Assembly (NCBI GenBank): GCA_964409615.1 | Contig: CAYPDT010000002.1 | Coordinates: forward strand, 1,226 to 65,225 | From: an uncultured Candidatus Saccharibacteria bacterium | Lineage (GTDB): Bacteria; Patescibacteriota; Saccharimonadia; Saccharimonadales; AWTP1-31 | Reading direction: 5' to 3' | Length of the DNA stretch: 64,000 nt | Shown: positions 1 to 9,553 of the stretch, in pieces | Layout: the number at the start of each line of letters is the position of its first letter | How positions within the stretch are numbered: position 1 is the stretch's first letter | Position numbers and translations under genes: made by a program | The notes under the pieces: generated by a model | The model's database searches: none | Seen by the model: only the letters and a program-made list of their open reading frames with translations | Told to the model about the DNA's origin: nothing

Positions 1-2
1 GA

Positions 3-731
3 CAAGCACAGCGACAAGGCATAGATCCGCACCAACGCCTGAGCGAGCTGAAAGAGGCACACCAAGAACTCGAAGATGTTCTTACGGCTGCTAACGGGGA
101 TAGTTTGGTTGAGTCGGCCAGAGGAAGTCGTGGTGAGACAACACTCGAGATACCAGATACGTACATTACCGATGCTCGCCGAAGCATTACATATAAAGAA
201 GCACGTTTCATGCATAGCGTTCCGTTATTCATGGACTTCATCGCCAAGGGAGGAATCCTTCCAAACATGACAGAGGTTGCTGTCTTAAAGGCGGCAAAAT
301 CGGCATTGCAACAGGCTAGTGGTCTAAAACTTACCAAAGAAATGCACGGTCGCTTTCGTCTACTTAATGAAATAATTGCAAGCGTGCAGTATACGCGTAC
401 CGAAGATTATGTCGATAAAAATCCGCTACACAGTAGTCATGTGGCACAAAAAATACGTGCTACCTTGGCTGAAACTCTATCTCCTGCATGGCAATCGCAA
501 GGATTATGTAAAACAACTCCCGGCATTCAACACCTATTTTTCCCTCCAGGACGCTATGAAGCTAAATTCGAACGCGAGAAACAAGCAAAACAAAGTTGCG
601 AAAAATGTCCTGTTCAAAAACAGTGTCTTGAGTCTGCATTGGCGCAAGGCAAGGTGGAAGGTGTTTGGGGCAATACCAATGGGTCAGAGAGAGCCAAAAT
701 ACTTCGTACGCGACAACCTGTTGCTAATTAG
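3..731 (+). CDS. WhiB-like (Wbl) Fe-S transcription factor domain at the C-terminus of a longer protein; the reading frame is open to the left window edge, so the gene may be 5'-partial
   Basis: C-terminal CKTT..(29 aa)..CEKCPVQKQC gives the C-Xn-C-X2-C-X5-C pattern. It is followed by the GVWGNT turn (the Wbl G[VI]WGG motif) and a basic tail. The track's TTG start at 105 is arbitrary because there is no in-frame stop back to position 3. Confidence 0.6.
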   Translation, partial: QAQRQGIDPHQRLSELKEAHQELEDVLTAANGDSLVESARGSRGETTLEIPDTYITDARRSITYKEARFMHSVPLFMDFIAKGGILPNMTEVAVLKAAKSALQQASGLKLTKEMHGRFRLLNEIIASVQYTRTEDYVDKNPLHSSHVAQKIRATLAETLSPAWQSQGLCKTTPGIQHLFFPPGRYEAKFEREKQAKQSCEKCPVQKQCLESALAQGKVEGVWGNTNGSERAKILRTRQPVAN

Positions 732-757
732 TCTCGTCAAGCGAAGCTTGCTATACT

Positions 758-1042
758 GTGGCCATGGTAAAAGCTAAAACAAAAAAATCTAAAAAACCCT
801 CCGCACTAGAAATGGATAGTGTCTTTATCTTAAAGCTAGTCCTCTTTCTTATTTTAGGCTCCCAGTGGTTGCATATAGAAAGTACCAGCGGTGACTTGCC
901 GATTCCGGTTGGAGCAATCGTTGGCATCTTTTTTGCTATGCATGAGCACTTCAAGATAGATCGAAAGATTGAGTACGCTATTCTGCTACTAGCCATGTTT
1001 GTCGGCTTCTGGCTTCCAATGGGCATAACCATAGTTAACTAG
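758..1042 (+). CDS. small hypothetical membrane protein (2-3 predicted TM helices)
   Basis: 94-aa ORF with a Lys-rich N-terminus followed by hydrophobic stretches (FILKLVLFLILG, VGAIVGIFFAM, LLLAMFVGFWLPMG). No recognisable motif. Confidence 0.45.
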   Translation: MAMVKAKTKKSKKPSALEMDSVFILKLVLFLILGSQWLHIESTSGDLPIPVGAIVGIFFAMHEHFKIDRKIEYAILLLAMFVGFWLPMGITIVN

Positions 1043-1252
1043 CTTTGCTGGCAACCGAAATTTAGTGTAGTATATACAACAGCTTGACAGGGGTAATGTA
1101 TTTCTGTTAATCTGTATTGGTATATCAAATATTGTTCTTGGTAATTACGAAGGTTCACCACCAATTAACAGGGGTGAAAACCACGAGTCACCAAGTGTTT
1201 TTATGTCTGAGTCAAGATCATATCAACAATCAATAACTAAACACGGAGAACT

Positions 1253-1891
1253 ATGAAAGCATTCATCACACGCAAGATTGGGATGACCAGCATCGTCAAC
1301 GACGATGGTGTTGTCGTTGCAGTTACGTTGCTTTCCGCTAGCCCGAACACTGTCACACAGGTAAAGAATCTTGAAAAAGATGGTTATGTTGCTGTGCAGG
1401 TCGGAGCCGAGACTTCTAAGAAGTCTGGCAAAGCAATGGCGGGACATCTTAAGGCAGCACAAGCAGTCACAAAAGACGTAAACCCGAAAATTATTCGCGA
1501 ATTCCGCCTCGACAGTGACAAAGAAGTTCCCGAAGACCTCAGCGTTGGATCACAACTCACCGCAGAGGTCTTTTCAGTTGGTGACGTTGTTAAGGTAACC
1601 GGTACCTCAAAAGGTAAAGGTTTTGCTGGAACAATCAAGCGCCACAACTTCCACCGACAGCGCAAAACGCACGGTGGTAAAGGAAACACACGCAAGCCAG
1701 GTTCAATTGGCTCAATGTATCCTCAGCACATCTTTAAAGGCACTCGCATGTCCGGTCAGATGGGACACGAGCAAGTCTCGGTTAAGAACCTAAAAATCGC
1801 CCTTGTAGATCTAGAATTGAATGTTATCGGTGTTACCGGTGCCGTTCCTGGACCACGCAAGGGTATTGTTTATATAGAAGGGGCTAAATAA
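1253..1891 (+). CDS. rplC: 50S ribosomal protein L3 (uL3)
   Basis: MKAFITRKIGMT N-terminus and KGKGFAGTIKRHNF motif. GGAG lies upstream. First gene of the r-protein string. Confidence 0.97.
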   Translation: MKAFITRKIGMTSIVNDDGVVVAVTLLSASPNTVTQVKNLEKDGYVAVQVGAETSKKSGKAMAGHLKAAQAVTKDVNPKIIREFRLDSDKEVPEDLSVGSQLTAEVFSVGDVVKVTGTSKGKGFAGTIKRHNFHRQRKTHGGKGNTRKPGSIGSMYPQHIFKGTRMSGQMGHEQVSVKNLKIALVDLELNVIGVTGAVPGPRKGIVYIEGAK

Positions 1892-2553
1892 TGAGCGTTG
1901 CAACTTATACCAAGACTGGCAACAAAGCCACTGCTGCTGCGAAGCTCGACAAAGCTGTCTTCGAAGTAGAAATCAAGAATCATGAACTTATAAAGCAAGC
2001 CTATGTTGCATACCTTGCTAACGGACGTGAGAACCTTGCTGTTACCAAGACCCGAGGTCTTGTAAGTGGTGGTGGTAAGAAACCATGGAAGCAAAAGGGA
2101 ACTGGCCGAGCACGTTTCGGTTCGTCACGCGTGCCAATTTGGCGCGGTGGTGGTATTACTTTTGGTCCAACAGGTCTCGAAAACTATTCACACAAACTCA
2201 ACGTCAAAGCCAAGCGATCAGCTATTCGCCAAGCTCTAAGCATGGCAAGCCAAGATGGACGCATCAGTGTCATCGAAGCTGTTGTTGCTAAAGATGGCAA
2301 AACTAAAGAAGTACAGGCTCTTCTCAATAAGCTTGGTGCAAAACGCCAAACATTGATTGTGGTCGACACTAAAGATGCCGACATTATCCGTGCAACAAGC
2401 AACATTAGCACAGTTAAATTAGTTACCGCTAAGTACATTAATGTGTATGACATCGTTAACGCACACCACATTGTTATCAGCCAAAAAGCACTTCCTATCA
2501 TTAGTGAATGGCTTGGTGAAAGCAAAACAGACAAGAAAGAGGAGGCTAAATAA
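1891..2553 (+). CDS. rplD: 50S ribosomal protein L4 (uL4)
   Basis: GGGKKPWKQKGTGRARFGS motif. TAATG start/stop coupling with rplC. Synteny. Confidence 0.97.
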   Translation: MSVATYTKTGNKATAAAKLDKAVFEVEIKNHELIKQAYVAYLANGRENLAVTKTRGLVSGGGKKPWKQKGTGRARFGSSRVPIWRGGGITFGPTGLENYSHKLNVKAKRSAIRQALSMASQDGRISVIEAVVAKDGKTKEVQALLNKLGAKRQTLIVVDTKDADIIRATSNISTVKLVTAKYINVYDIVNAHHIVISQKALPIISEWLGESKTDKKEEAK

Positions 2554-2945
2554 TGAAAAGCTTAACTCTTAAACCACGTATGAGCGAAAAGGCTTACGCC
2601 CAAAGCTTAGAACGCAACGTCTACGTCTTTGTAGTACCAACAAATGCCAACAAGCAAACTATTGCTGAAGCAGTCGCTGCACAGTTCGACGTTACCGTAA
2701 CAAATGTTCGTACGGTCAAGCAAAACGGTAAATCAATTACGAGCCGAAGCAAACGAACACGCGGTATTACCGTCACTCGAAAAGACATCAAGAAAGCTTA
2801 TGTAACCGTTAAACAAGGCGACCACATTGCAATCTTTGATGCCCCTGAAGATGTAAAGACTGATTCGAAGGCCGACAAGAAAGCAGACAAAAAGGCTGAT
2901 AAAAAAGCCAAGTCTGCAGCAGCCGACAAGAAGGAGACCAAGTAA
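2553..2945 (+). CDS. rplW: 50S ribosomal protein L23 (uL23) with a Lys-rich C-terminal tail
   Basis: Core YVFVVPTNANKQTIAEAV. Tail KADKKADKKADKKAK. Synteny between rplD and rplB. Confidence 0.95.
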   Translation: MKSLTLKPRMSEKAYAQSLERNVYVFVVPTNANKQTIAEAVAAQFDVTVTNVRTVKQNGKSITSRSKRTRGITVTRKDIKKAYVTVKQGDHIAIFDAPEDVKTDSKADKKADKKADKKAKSAAADKKETK

Positions 2946-3781
2946 TGGCTATCCAACAATATAACCCAACTACACCTGGCCGCCGCGGCATGACCAGCCA
3001 AGACAATAGTGAAATCACCACCAAGAAGCCACTAAAGTCATTGCTCGTCAAGCAGAAGCGTGTTGCTGGTCGAAACAACCAAGGACGTATCACTACCCGA
3101 CACCGTGGTGGTGGCGCTAAGAGTTTTTACCGACTTGTTAACTTCAAGCTAGAAGCTGGTAAATCAGCAACTATCGAAGCTATCGAATATGATCCAAACC
3201 GAAGTGCACGTATCGCTCGTATCAAAGAGTCGAACGGTACATACCACTACATTATTGCTGCGAAAGGCATGAAAGTTGGACAAAACATCGTTAGTGGCGA
3301 AGAAGCTCCTGTCGAAACTGGCAACCGTCTTGCAATCAAGAACATCCCTGTTGGTAGCACTATCTATGGCATCGAACTACAGCCCGGTCGTGGCGCACAA
3401 ATGGTGCGAAGCGCCGGAACGAGCGCACAGCTGATGGCTAAAGAAGGCGACTATGCCCAGGTACGTATGCCGAGTGGCGAAGTACGCATGATTCTTATGG
3501 AGTGCATGGCTAGCATTGGCCGTATCGGTAACGAACAACATCAAAACATCAAGGTTGGTAAAGCTGGTCGTTCACGACACAAAGGCTTCCGCCCAACTGT
3601 TCGTGGTGTTGTCATGAACGCCGCAGACCACCCACACGGTGGTGGTGACGGTGGACGACACGGTACCGCAAAAGATCCTCGAACCCCTTGGGGCCAGAAG
3701 ACTTTGGGCTACAAGACTCGACGTCGTAAGAGTACAACCAAGTTTATCGTAAGAAGCCGACATGCGGCCAAGAGAAAGTAA
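2945..3781 (+). CDS. rplB: 50S ribosomal protein L2 (uL2)
   Basis: RHRGGGAK and HPHGGGDGG motifs; 278 aa; synteny. Confidence 0.98.
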   Translation: MAIQQYNPTTPGRRGMTSQDNSEITTKKPLKSLLVKQKRVAGRNNQGRITTRHRGGGAKSFYRLVNFKLEAGKSATIEAIEYDPNRSARIARIKESNGTYHYIIAAKGMKVGQNIVSGEEAPVETGNRLAIKNIPVGSTIYGIELQPGRGAQMVRSAGTSAQLMAKEGDYAQVRMPSGEVRMILMECMASIGRIGNEQHQNIKVGKAGRSRHKGFRPTVRGVVMNAADHPHGGGDGGRHGTAKDPRTPWGQKTLGYKTRRRKSTTKFIVRSRHAAKRK

Positions 3782-3801
3782 TCAGGAAGTAAGGAAATAG
3801 T

Positions 3802-4077
3802 ATGAGTCGATCGTTAAAAAAAGGACCATTCATCGACCCAAAGCTTGCTAAGAAAGTAAGCGCATTGGGCAATGAAGACCGTACCATTATCAAAACATGG
3901 GCACGTGCTTCAACCATCTCACCAGACTTTGTTGGTAAGACTATTGCTGTACATAACGGCAAAGTTCACGTACCCGTTTTCATTACCGAAAACATGGTTG
4001 GCCACAAGCTTGGCGAATTCTCACCAACCCGTAAATTCCGCTCACACGGCGGTAAACTTGCGAAAGGTAAGAAGTAA
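3802..4077 (+). CDS. rpsS: 30S ribosomal protein S19 (uS19)
   Basis: [10 protein letters not shown] start and GHKLGEF motif; synteny. Confidence 0.98.
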   Translation: MSRSLKKGPFIDPKLAKKVSALGNEDRTIIKTWARASTISPDFVGKTIAVHNGKVHVPVFITENMVGHKLGEFSPTRKFRSHGGKLAKGKK

Positions 4078-4472
4078 TGTCTGTTAAAGCTGTTGCAAAA
4101 GGCGTAAGTATGAGCCCACGTAAAGTTGGCGTTGTTGCTGCATTGGTCCGTGGCCGCACCGTCGAGGATGCCCTTACCATCCTTTCTCATGTACCTCGTG
4201 CTTCTGCCATTCCTGTTCGTAAAGTTATCGAGAGTGCTCGTGCTAACGCCGACCACAACCATAACTACAAGCCTGAAACATTGGTCATCACTGAAATCAG
4301 CGTTACTCCTGGGGTTCGCATCAAGCGTTTCCGCCCAGCAGCCCAAGGTCGCGCGCTTCCATTCATGCGTCGCAGCAGCCACATTCGTGTAGTTGTAGAC
4401 GGTGAAATTCGTGTATCTAAAAAAGCTCCTGCCAAAGCAGAGAAGTCAGCTGACAAGAAGGAGACTAAGTAA
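4077..4472 (+). CDS. rplV: 50S ribosomal protein L22 (uL22) with a short Lys-rich tail
   Basis: SPRKVGVVAALVRG motif; synteny. The stop overlaps the rpsC start. Confidence 0.96.
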   Translation: MSVKAVAKGVSMSPRKVGVVAALVRGRTVEDALTILSHVPRASAIPVRKVIESARANADHNHNYKPETLVITEISVTPGVRIKRFRPAAQGRALPFMRRSSHIRVVVDGEIRVSKKAPAKAEKSADKKETK

Positions 4473-5101
4473 TGGGACAAAAAGTAAATCCAATTTCAAT
4501 GCGTCTCCAGGTCAATAAAGACTGGCGGAGCAAATGGTTCGCAAACAAGCGCGAGTATGCAACCTATCTTGAAAAAGATCTGAACGTGCGCAAGATGATC
4601 CAGAACAAACTAGGTAGCCGCGCGGCTATTAACAAAGTCGACATTGAGCGTTCACCAAACCTCGTAACCGTAACTATCTATACAGCTAAAGCTGGTGTAG
4701 TAATTGGTCGTGGTGGTGCCGGTGCACAAGAGCTAAAAGCAAATATCGAGAAAATCTACCAGGCACAGACTCGCGTTAACATCGAAGAAGTTAAGAAGCC
4801 TGAATTACATGCTAAGCTCGTTGCCGAGAACATCGCTCACCAAATTGAGCGACGTATTTCATTCCGCCGTGCAGTTAAGTCAACTGCTGCCGCTACCATG
4901 CGTGCTGGTGCTAAAGGTATCCGTGTTGAGGTTGCTGGTCGACTAAACGGTGCCGAGATGAGCCGACGTGAAAAAGAAGTACAAGGCAGCGTGCCACTTC
5001 ATACACTTCGTGCCGACATCGACTACGCACACGTTGGTGCGCAAACTCCAGCTGGCATCATTGGTGTTAAGGTTTGGATTTATAAAGGAGAGGTAAGCTA
5101 G
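4472..5101 (+). CDS. rpsC: 30S ribosomal protein S3 (uS3)
   Basis: [12 protein letters not shown] start, KH-domain GVVIGRGG, synteny. Confidence 0.98.
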   Translation: MGQKVNPISMRLQVNKDWRSKWFANKREYATYLEKDLNVRKMIQNKLGSRAAINKVDIERSPNLVTVTIYTAKAGVVIGRGGAGAQELKANIEKIYQAQTRVNIEEVKKPELHAKLVAENIAHQIERRISFRRAVKSTAAATMRAGAKGIRVEVAGRLNGAEMSRREKEVQGSVPLHTLRADIDYAHVGAQTPAGIIGVKVWIYKGEVS

Positions 5102-5102
5102 C

Positions 5103-5516
5103 ATGTTACTCCCTAAACGAACTAAGTTCCGCAAGGTCCGCAAAGGACGAATTACCGGTGTAGCTACCAGCGGTAACTACATCGCCTTCGGCGACTTCGC
5201 CCTCCAGAGTCTTGGCTCTGAGCGAATCACCAGCCGACAAATCGAAGCCTCACGTCAGGCTATGACCCGCTACATCAAGCGTGGTGGTAAAATCTGGATC
5301 CGCATCTTCCCACATACACCTGTTACGCGAAAGCCACAGGACGTAAAAATGGGTAGTGGTAAAGGTAACCCAGAATTCTTCGTAGCCAAGGTACGTCCTG
5401 GCACCATCCTGTTCGAAATGCAGGGTGTCAGCGAAGAAGTAGCCCGAGAAGCTATGCGTCTAGCCAGCCACAAGCTGCCAATCAAGACCAAGTTCTTGGT
5501 GAAAGATGAGGCATAA
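5103..5516 (+). CDS. rplP: 50S ribosomal protein L16 (uL16)
   Basis: [11 protein letters not shown] start; 137 aa; synteny. Confidence 0.98.
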   Translation: MLLPKRTKFRKVRKGRITGVATSGNYIAFGDFALQSLGSERITSRQIEASRQAMTRYIKRGGKIWIRIFPHTPVTRKPQDVKMGSGKGNPEFFVAKVRPGTILFEMQGVSEEVAREAMRLASHKLPIKTKFLVKDEA

Positions 5517-5719
5517 TGATGAAAATAATTGATATCCGTAAATATTCAACCGCAGAGCTCGCAGCCGAAAGCACCAAGCTTCGGGAAGAGATTGCCGAAC
5601 TTCGTCGACGCGTCCACATGGGCGAATCAACAAATGTTCGTCAGATTCGTGCAAAGCGAAAAGACCTCGCTCGTATGTTAACCGTACTGAGTGAACAATT
5701 AGCAAAGGAGAACGCATAA
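5516..5719 (+). CDS. rpmC: 50S ribosomal protein L29 (uL29)
   Basis: 67 aa with the helical [12 protein letters not shown] pattern; lies between rplP and rpsQ. Confidence 0.93.
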   Translation: MMKIIDIRKYSTAELAAESTKLREEIAELRRRVHMGESTNVRQIRAKRKDLARMLTVLSEQLAKENA

Positions 5720-6039
5720 TGGCTAAATCACTGACCGGCGTTGTCGTATCTGATAAGACCGACAAGACCATCGTAGTGTCTGTTGCTACTCACAAAAACC
5801 ATCCTTTGTACCGCAAAGCATATGTGACGAGCAAGAAATTCATGGCACACGACGAAAAGAACGAAGCGAAGCCAGGTGATACTGTTATCATCACCGAAAC
5901 TCGCCCACTAAGCGCACGCAAGCACCACACCTTAACAAAGATTGTTGAGCGAGCTGCAATTACTCAGGCCGATTCTGTCGAAGCTGTTGCTGCCCAGCCA
6001 ACACTTGATGAAGAAACCAAAGTCGAGGAGAAGGCATAA
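5719..6039 (+). CDS. rpsQ: 30S ribosomal protein S17 (uS17)
   Basis: [16 protein letters not shown] motif; synteny. Confidence 0.96.
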   Translation: MAKSLTGVVVSDKTDKTIVVSVATHKNHPLYRKAYVTSKKFMAHDEKNEAKPGDTVIITETRPLSARKHHTLTKIVERAAITQADSVEAVAAQPTLDEETKVEEKA

Positions 6040-6407
6040 TGATCCAACAAGAATCACGTCTCGCTGTCTGCGACAACTCTGGTGCTAAAGAGATTCTTTG
6101 CATCCGTGTGCTTGGTGGTACTCGCCGCCGATATGCACACGTGGGAGATGTTATTGTCGCAACTGTTAAACAAGCAAACCCACAGGGTAATGTTAAGAAA
6201 AAATCAGTTGTTCGTGCCGTAGTTGTTCGCACCACCAACGCTATCAAGCGTAAAGATGGCTCAACGATTCGTTTCGACGATAATGCAGCTGTTATCATTG
6301 GTGACGATAAGCTACCGAAAGCAACTCGTATCTTTGGCCCGGTTCCTCGTGAACTCCGCGACCAAGGCTACGCTAAAATTATTTCCCTCGCACCGGAGGT
6401 TCTATAA
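6039..6407 (+). CDS. rplN: 50S ribosomal protein L14 (uL14)
   Basis: [17 protein letters not shown] start; 122 aa. Confidence 0.98.
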   Translation: MIQQESRLAVCDNSGAKEILCIRVLGGTRRRYAHVGDVIVATVKQANPQGNVKKKSVVRAVVVRTTNAIKRKDGSTIRFDDNAAVIIGDDKLPKATRIFGPVPRELRDQGYAKIISLAPEVL

Positions 6408-6751
6408 TGAAAAAATCTACTGTAAAAACCGTATTCAAGATTCGCCTCAAAAAGGACGACCTTGTCATGGTGCGAGCTGGTAAGTACAAAGGCAAGACCG
6501 GTAAAGTCGTAGCTACTCATCCAAGCCTTAACAAAGTTACTGTCGAAGGCATTAACATCGTTAAAAAAGCCGTTAAGCCTAACAAGCAATACCCTCAGGG
6601 TGGCATTATCGAAGTTACCAAGCCAATCGATGTATCAAAAGTTGGCATCGTCAATCCTGCTACTAAAAAAGCATCCCGTATCGCCTTCAAGGTAGATAAA
6701 GATGGTAACAAGACTCGCTTATTCGCTGGGTCTGGAAAGGAGATTAAGTAA
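6407..6751 (+). CDS. rplX: 50S ribosomal protein L24 (uL24)
   Basis: KOW motif KKDDLVMVRAGKYKGKTGKV; synteny. Confidence 0.96.
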   Translation: MKKSTVKTVFKIRLKKDDLVMVRAGKYKGKTGKVVATHPSLNKVTVEGINIVKKAVKPNKQYPQGGIIEVTKPIDVSKVGIVNPATKKASRIAFKVDKDGNKTRLFAGSGKEIK

Positions 6752-7347
6752 TGGCTACTGCAACCAAAAAAGAAACAAGCACCTATGTAGCTCGACTCAA
6801 AGCAGAGTACAACAGTAAATATGCTGCTGAACTACAGAAAGAGTTGAACCTTAAGAATCCTAACCAGGTACCACGCCTCGAAAAGATTGTTGTTAATGTT
6901 GGCCTTGGCAAAGCTAAGGACGATAAAAAGATGATTGAAACGGCTAAAAACACTATCCGTAAAATCACTGCTCAAGAACCACTAGAGACCGTGGCCAAGA
7001 ACTCAATTGCTGGCTTCAAACTTCGCGAAGGCAACAAAATCGGCATCAAAGTAACCCTTCGGGGCAACAATATGTACGAATTTGCTGATCGATTAATCAA
7101 CATCGTACTACCTCGACTCCGTGACTTCCACGGTGTTAAAGCTGGAGCTTTTGATAAGTCTGGAAACTACAGCATTGGTCTTGTTGATCAGTCAGTCTTC
7201 CCAGAACTAACCTTCGAAGAAACTACTACCGCTCACGGCCTACAGGTTGTGTTTGTAGTAACAGCGAAGGGTCCTGAAGAATCTAAAGCACTATTAACAA
7301 AATTTGGAATGCCTTTCGAGAAGAAGACCGAAAAGGAGAGCAAGTAA
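6751..7347 (+). CDS. rplE: 50S ribosomal protein L5 (uL5)
   Basis: [13 protein letters not shown] and LRDFHG motifs; synteny. Confidence 0.97.
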   Translation: MATATKKETSTYVARLKAEYNSKYAAELQKELNLKNPNQVPRLEKIVVNVGLGKAKDDKKMIETAKNTIRKITAQEPLETVAKNSIAGFKLREGNKIGIKVTLRGNNMYEFADRLINIVLPRLRDFHGVKAGAFDKSGNYSIGLVDQSVFPELTFEETTTAHGLQVVFVVTAKGPEESKALLTKFGMPFEKKTEKESK

Positions 7348-7616
7348 TGGCACGAAAATCAAATATCGCACGAGATAAGAAGCGCGACCGCATGATTGCA
7401 AAATATGCGGCCAAACGAGCTGAACTCAAGAAGATGGGCGACCTCGAAGGTCTCCACCTGTTGCCACGCAACTCATCTCCTACTCGTCACAAGAATCGTT
7501 GTGTCGAAACCGGACGTCCGCATGCATATATGCGAACCTTTGGTTTGAGTCGTCTATCCTTCCGAGAACATGCAAGCAAGGGCGAAATCCCTGGTGTAAC
7601 GAAAGCGAGCTGGTAA
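7347..7616 (+). CDS. rpsN: 30S ribosomal protein S14 (uS14), long Cys-less form
   Basis: 89 aa with C-terminus [21 protein letters not shown] and no CxxC pairs; synteny. Confidence 0.95.
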   Translation: MARKSNIARDKKRDRMIAKYAAKRAELKKMGDLEGLHLLPRNSSPTRHKNRCVETGRPHAYMRTFGLSRLSFREHASKGEIPGVTKASW

Positions 7617-8017
7617 TGAGCACTACCTCTACTGATCCAATTGCAGACATGCTTAGTCGAATCCGTAACGCTATTGCCGTACGCAAGACTGAAGTATTAC
7701 TCCCACACAGCAAAGTAAAAGAAGCTGTTGCGAGCCTGCTACAAGAGAACAATTTCATCGATCGTGTTAGCGTAACTGATGCAAGCATCGGCAAAACACT
7801 ACACGTCACTATCAACGGCGAAAGCAACAACGCCCGGATTACTGAGATTAAGCGTCTTAGCACTCCAGGTCGACGTTACTACGTCGCAGCAAAAGACATC
7901 CCATCCGTCAAAAGCGGTCGCGGTATCGTCATCGTCAGTACCTCTAAGGGTATGATGACCGGCACCGAGGCAAAGGCTGCTGGCATCGGTGGCGAATTAA
8001 TATGTAAGGTGTATTAA
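7616..8017 (+). CDS. rpsH: 30S ribosomal protein S8 (uS8)
   Basis: [19 protein letters not shown] start at an ATG that overlaps the rpsN stop (TAATG). The track start at 7499 lies inside rpsN and is rejected. Confidence 0.96.
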   Translation: MSTTSTDPIADMLSRIRNAIAVRKTEVLLPHSKVKEAVASLLQENNFIDRVSVTDASIGKTLHVTINGESNNARITEIKRLSTPGRRYYVAAKDIPSVKSGRGIVIVSTSKGMMTGTEAKAAGIGGELICKVY

Positions 8018-8022
8018 ATAAT

Positions 8023-8562
8023 ATGAGTCGCGTAGGTAAATCACCAATCACAGTTCCTTCGGGAGTTTCAGTTACAATTGCAGACGATGCAATTACTGTT
8101 TCCGGCTCCAAGGGTACATTAACCCAGTTCACTATGCCCGACATCACAGTCGCGCAAGAAGGTGAGCAAATCGTTGTCACTCGTGCCAACGACGAACCAA
8201 AAATTCGTGCAAAGCACGGCCTAATGCGGGCGCTTATCAACAACATGGTTGACGGCGTTACAAAAGGCTTCAGCAAAAAACTCGAAATCAACGGTGTTGG
8301 TTATCGTGTTGCGCAACAAGGCACCGACCTCAAGTTCAACCTCGGTTTTTCGCATGATGTTATATATAAGGTTCCTGCAGGTATCACAACTACTATCGAG
8401 CAGAACACTGTTACCGTTAGCGGCATAAGCCGTCAACAAGTAGGACAAGTAGCTGCCGAAATTCGTGCCTTAAAGAAACCTGAACCATACAAGGGTAAGG
8501 GAATTAAGTACGATGACGAACGCATTATCCGTAAGAGCGGAAAGTCAGGTAAGGACAAATAA
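8023..8562 (+). CDS. rplF: 50S ribosomal protein L6 (uL6)
   Basis: MSRVGKSPITVPSGV start; 179 aa; synteny. Confidence 0.97.
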   Translation: MSRVGKSPITVPSGVSVTIADDAITVSGSKGTLTQFTMPDITVAQEGEQIVVTRANDEPKIRAKHGLMRALINNMVDGVTKGFSKKLEINGVGYRVAQQGTDLKFNLGFSHDVIYKVPAGITTTIEQNTVTVSGISRQQVGQVAAEIRALKKPEPYKGKGIKYDDERIIRKSGKSGKDK

Positions 8563-8915
8563 TGAATCGATTAACTAAAAAAATCCAGAACCTCAAGCAA
8601 CGCAAAGGCCGCGTTCGTTCTACCGTTATCGGTACGGCCGAACGACCACGTCTAAGCGTACATATCAGTAACCGTCACATTTCAGCTCAAATCATTGATG
8701 ATAGTGCCCACAAGACCTTAGCTCACGTAACAACGAGTGGCTCTAAGATTACTGGCACTATGACAGAACGAGCCGAAGCTATCGGTGAACAAATCGCTAA
8801 AAAAGCAAAGACCGCCAAAGTACACACCGTGGTGTTCGACCGTAACGGTAAGCTCTATCACGGCCGAGTACAGGCTCTTGCTGATGCAGCTCGTAAGAAT
8901 GGATTGGAATTTTAA
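8562..8915 (+). CDS. rplR: 50S ribosomal protein L18 (uL18)
   Basis: RPRLSVHISNRHISAQIIDD motif; synteny. Confidence 0.96.
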   Translation: MNRLTKKIQNLKQRKGRVRSTVIGTAERPRLSVHISNRHISAQIIDDSAHKTLAHVTTSGSKITGTMTERAEAIGEQIAKKAKTAKVHTVVFDRNGKLYHGRVQALADAARKNGLEF

Positions 8916-8917
8916 TT

Positions 8918-9553
8918 ATGCAGAACGATCAAAAATCAGACCGACGCCGACCAGCACGCGATCAAGTTGAAGTCGAAAAGCAATTCGACGAACGCGTTGT
9001 AAACATCGACCGTGTTGCTCGTGTAGTAAAGGGCGGCCGTCGTTTCCGTTTCCGTGCTCTCGCTGTAGTTGGCGACCGTAAGAACAAAATTGGTATCGGT
9101 TCTGCTAAGGGTGCCGATGTAACAAGCGCTGTAGCCAAAGCTATGGAAGTTGCCAAGAAAAACATGGTTACTGTTCACCTATACAAAGGAACTCTGCCAC
9201 ACGAATCAACTGCAAAAGTTGGCGGTGCTAACATCCTCATTAAGCCTGCAAGTCCAGGTACTGGTCTCATTGCCGGTGGTGTAGTACGAACAGTCCTAGA
9301 AGTCGCTGGTGTAAGCAACGCACTTAGCAAGTCTCTTGGCTCAACCAACAAGACTAACACTGCTTATGCAACACTCGAAGCACTCAAAAGCATGGAGCCA
9401 GCTAAAAACTGGATTACCAACAGTGCTGTTGCAAAATCAGAAGCTAAGAAAAAGGCTAATGCAACTGTCGAGAAGAAAGCAGCTGCTCCTAAAAACGAGA
9501 AGCCTGCAAGCGAAAAAGCTGACAAACCAGCTAAGAAAGCAGGGGCTAAATAA
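8918..9553 (+). CDS. rpsE: 30S ribosomal protein S5 (uS5) with a roughly 50-aa Lys/Ala-rich C-terminal extension
   Basis: VVKGGRRFRFRALAVVGD motif. Tail KSEAKKKANATVEKKAAAPKNEKPASEKADKPAKKAGAK. The stop overlaps the rplO start, leaving no room for rpmD. Confidence 0.96.
   Translation: MQNDQKSDRRRPARDQVEVEKQFDERVVNIDRVARVVKGGRRFRFRALAVVGDRKNKIGIGSAKGADVTSAVAKAMEVAKKNMVTVHLYKGTLPHESTAKVGGANILIKPASPGTGLIAGGVVRTVLEVAGVSNALSKSLGSTNKTNTAYATLEALKSMEPAKNWITNSAVAKSEAKKKANATVEKKAAAPKNEKPASEKADKPAKKAGAK

Noticed and set aside
1152-1182. Hairpin GGTTCACC...GGTGAAAACC in the rplC 5' region as an S10-leader-type L4 attenuator
   Set aside because: The stem has only 8 bp with a 2-nt bulge and no following T-run. 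The S10 gene itself is absent from this locus. The evidence is insufficient to call a regulatory RNA.
7499-7615. Upstream start for rpsH that would give a 172-aa protein
   Set aside because: The first 39 codons lie out of frame inside rpsN. The conserved S8 N-terminus ([19 protein letters not shown]) begins at the ATG at 7616, which overlaps the rpsN stop.
7347-7616. Cys-less S14 and L33 (26628-26825) as evidence for a zinc-independent ribosome
   Set aside because: Cys-less S14 and L33 occupy the canonical loci in many bacteria, including E. coli. Only the Cys-less L36 is mildly unusual, and it is mentioned under the infA-rpmJ finding.
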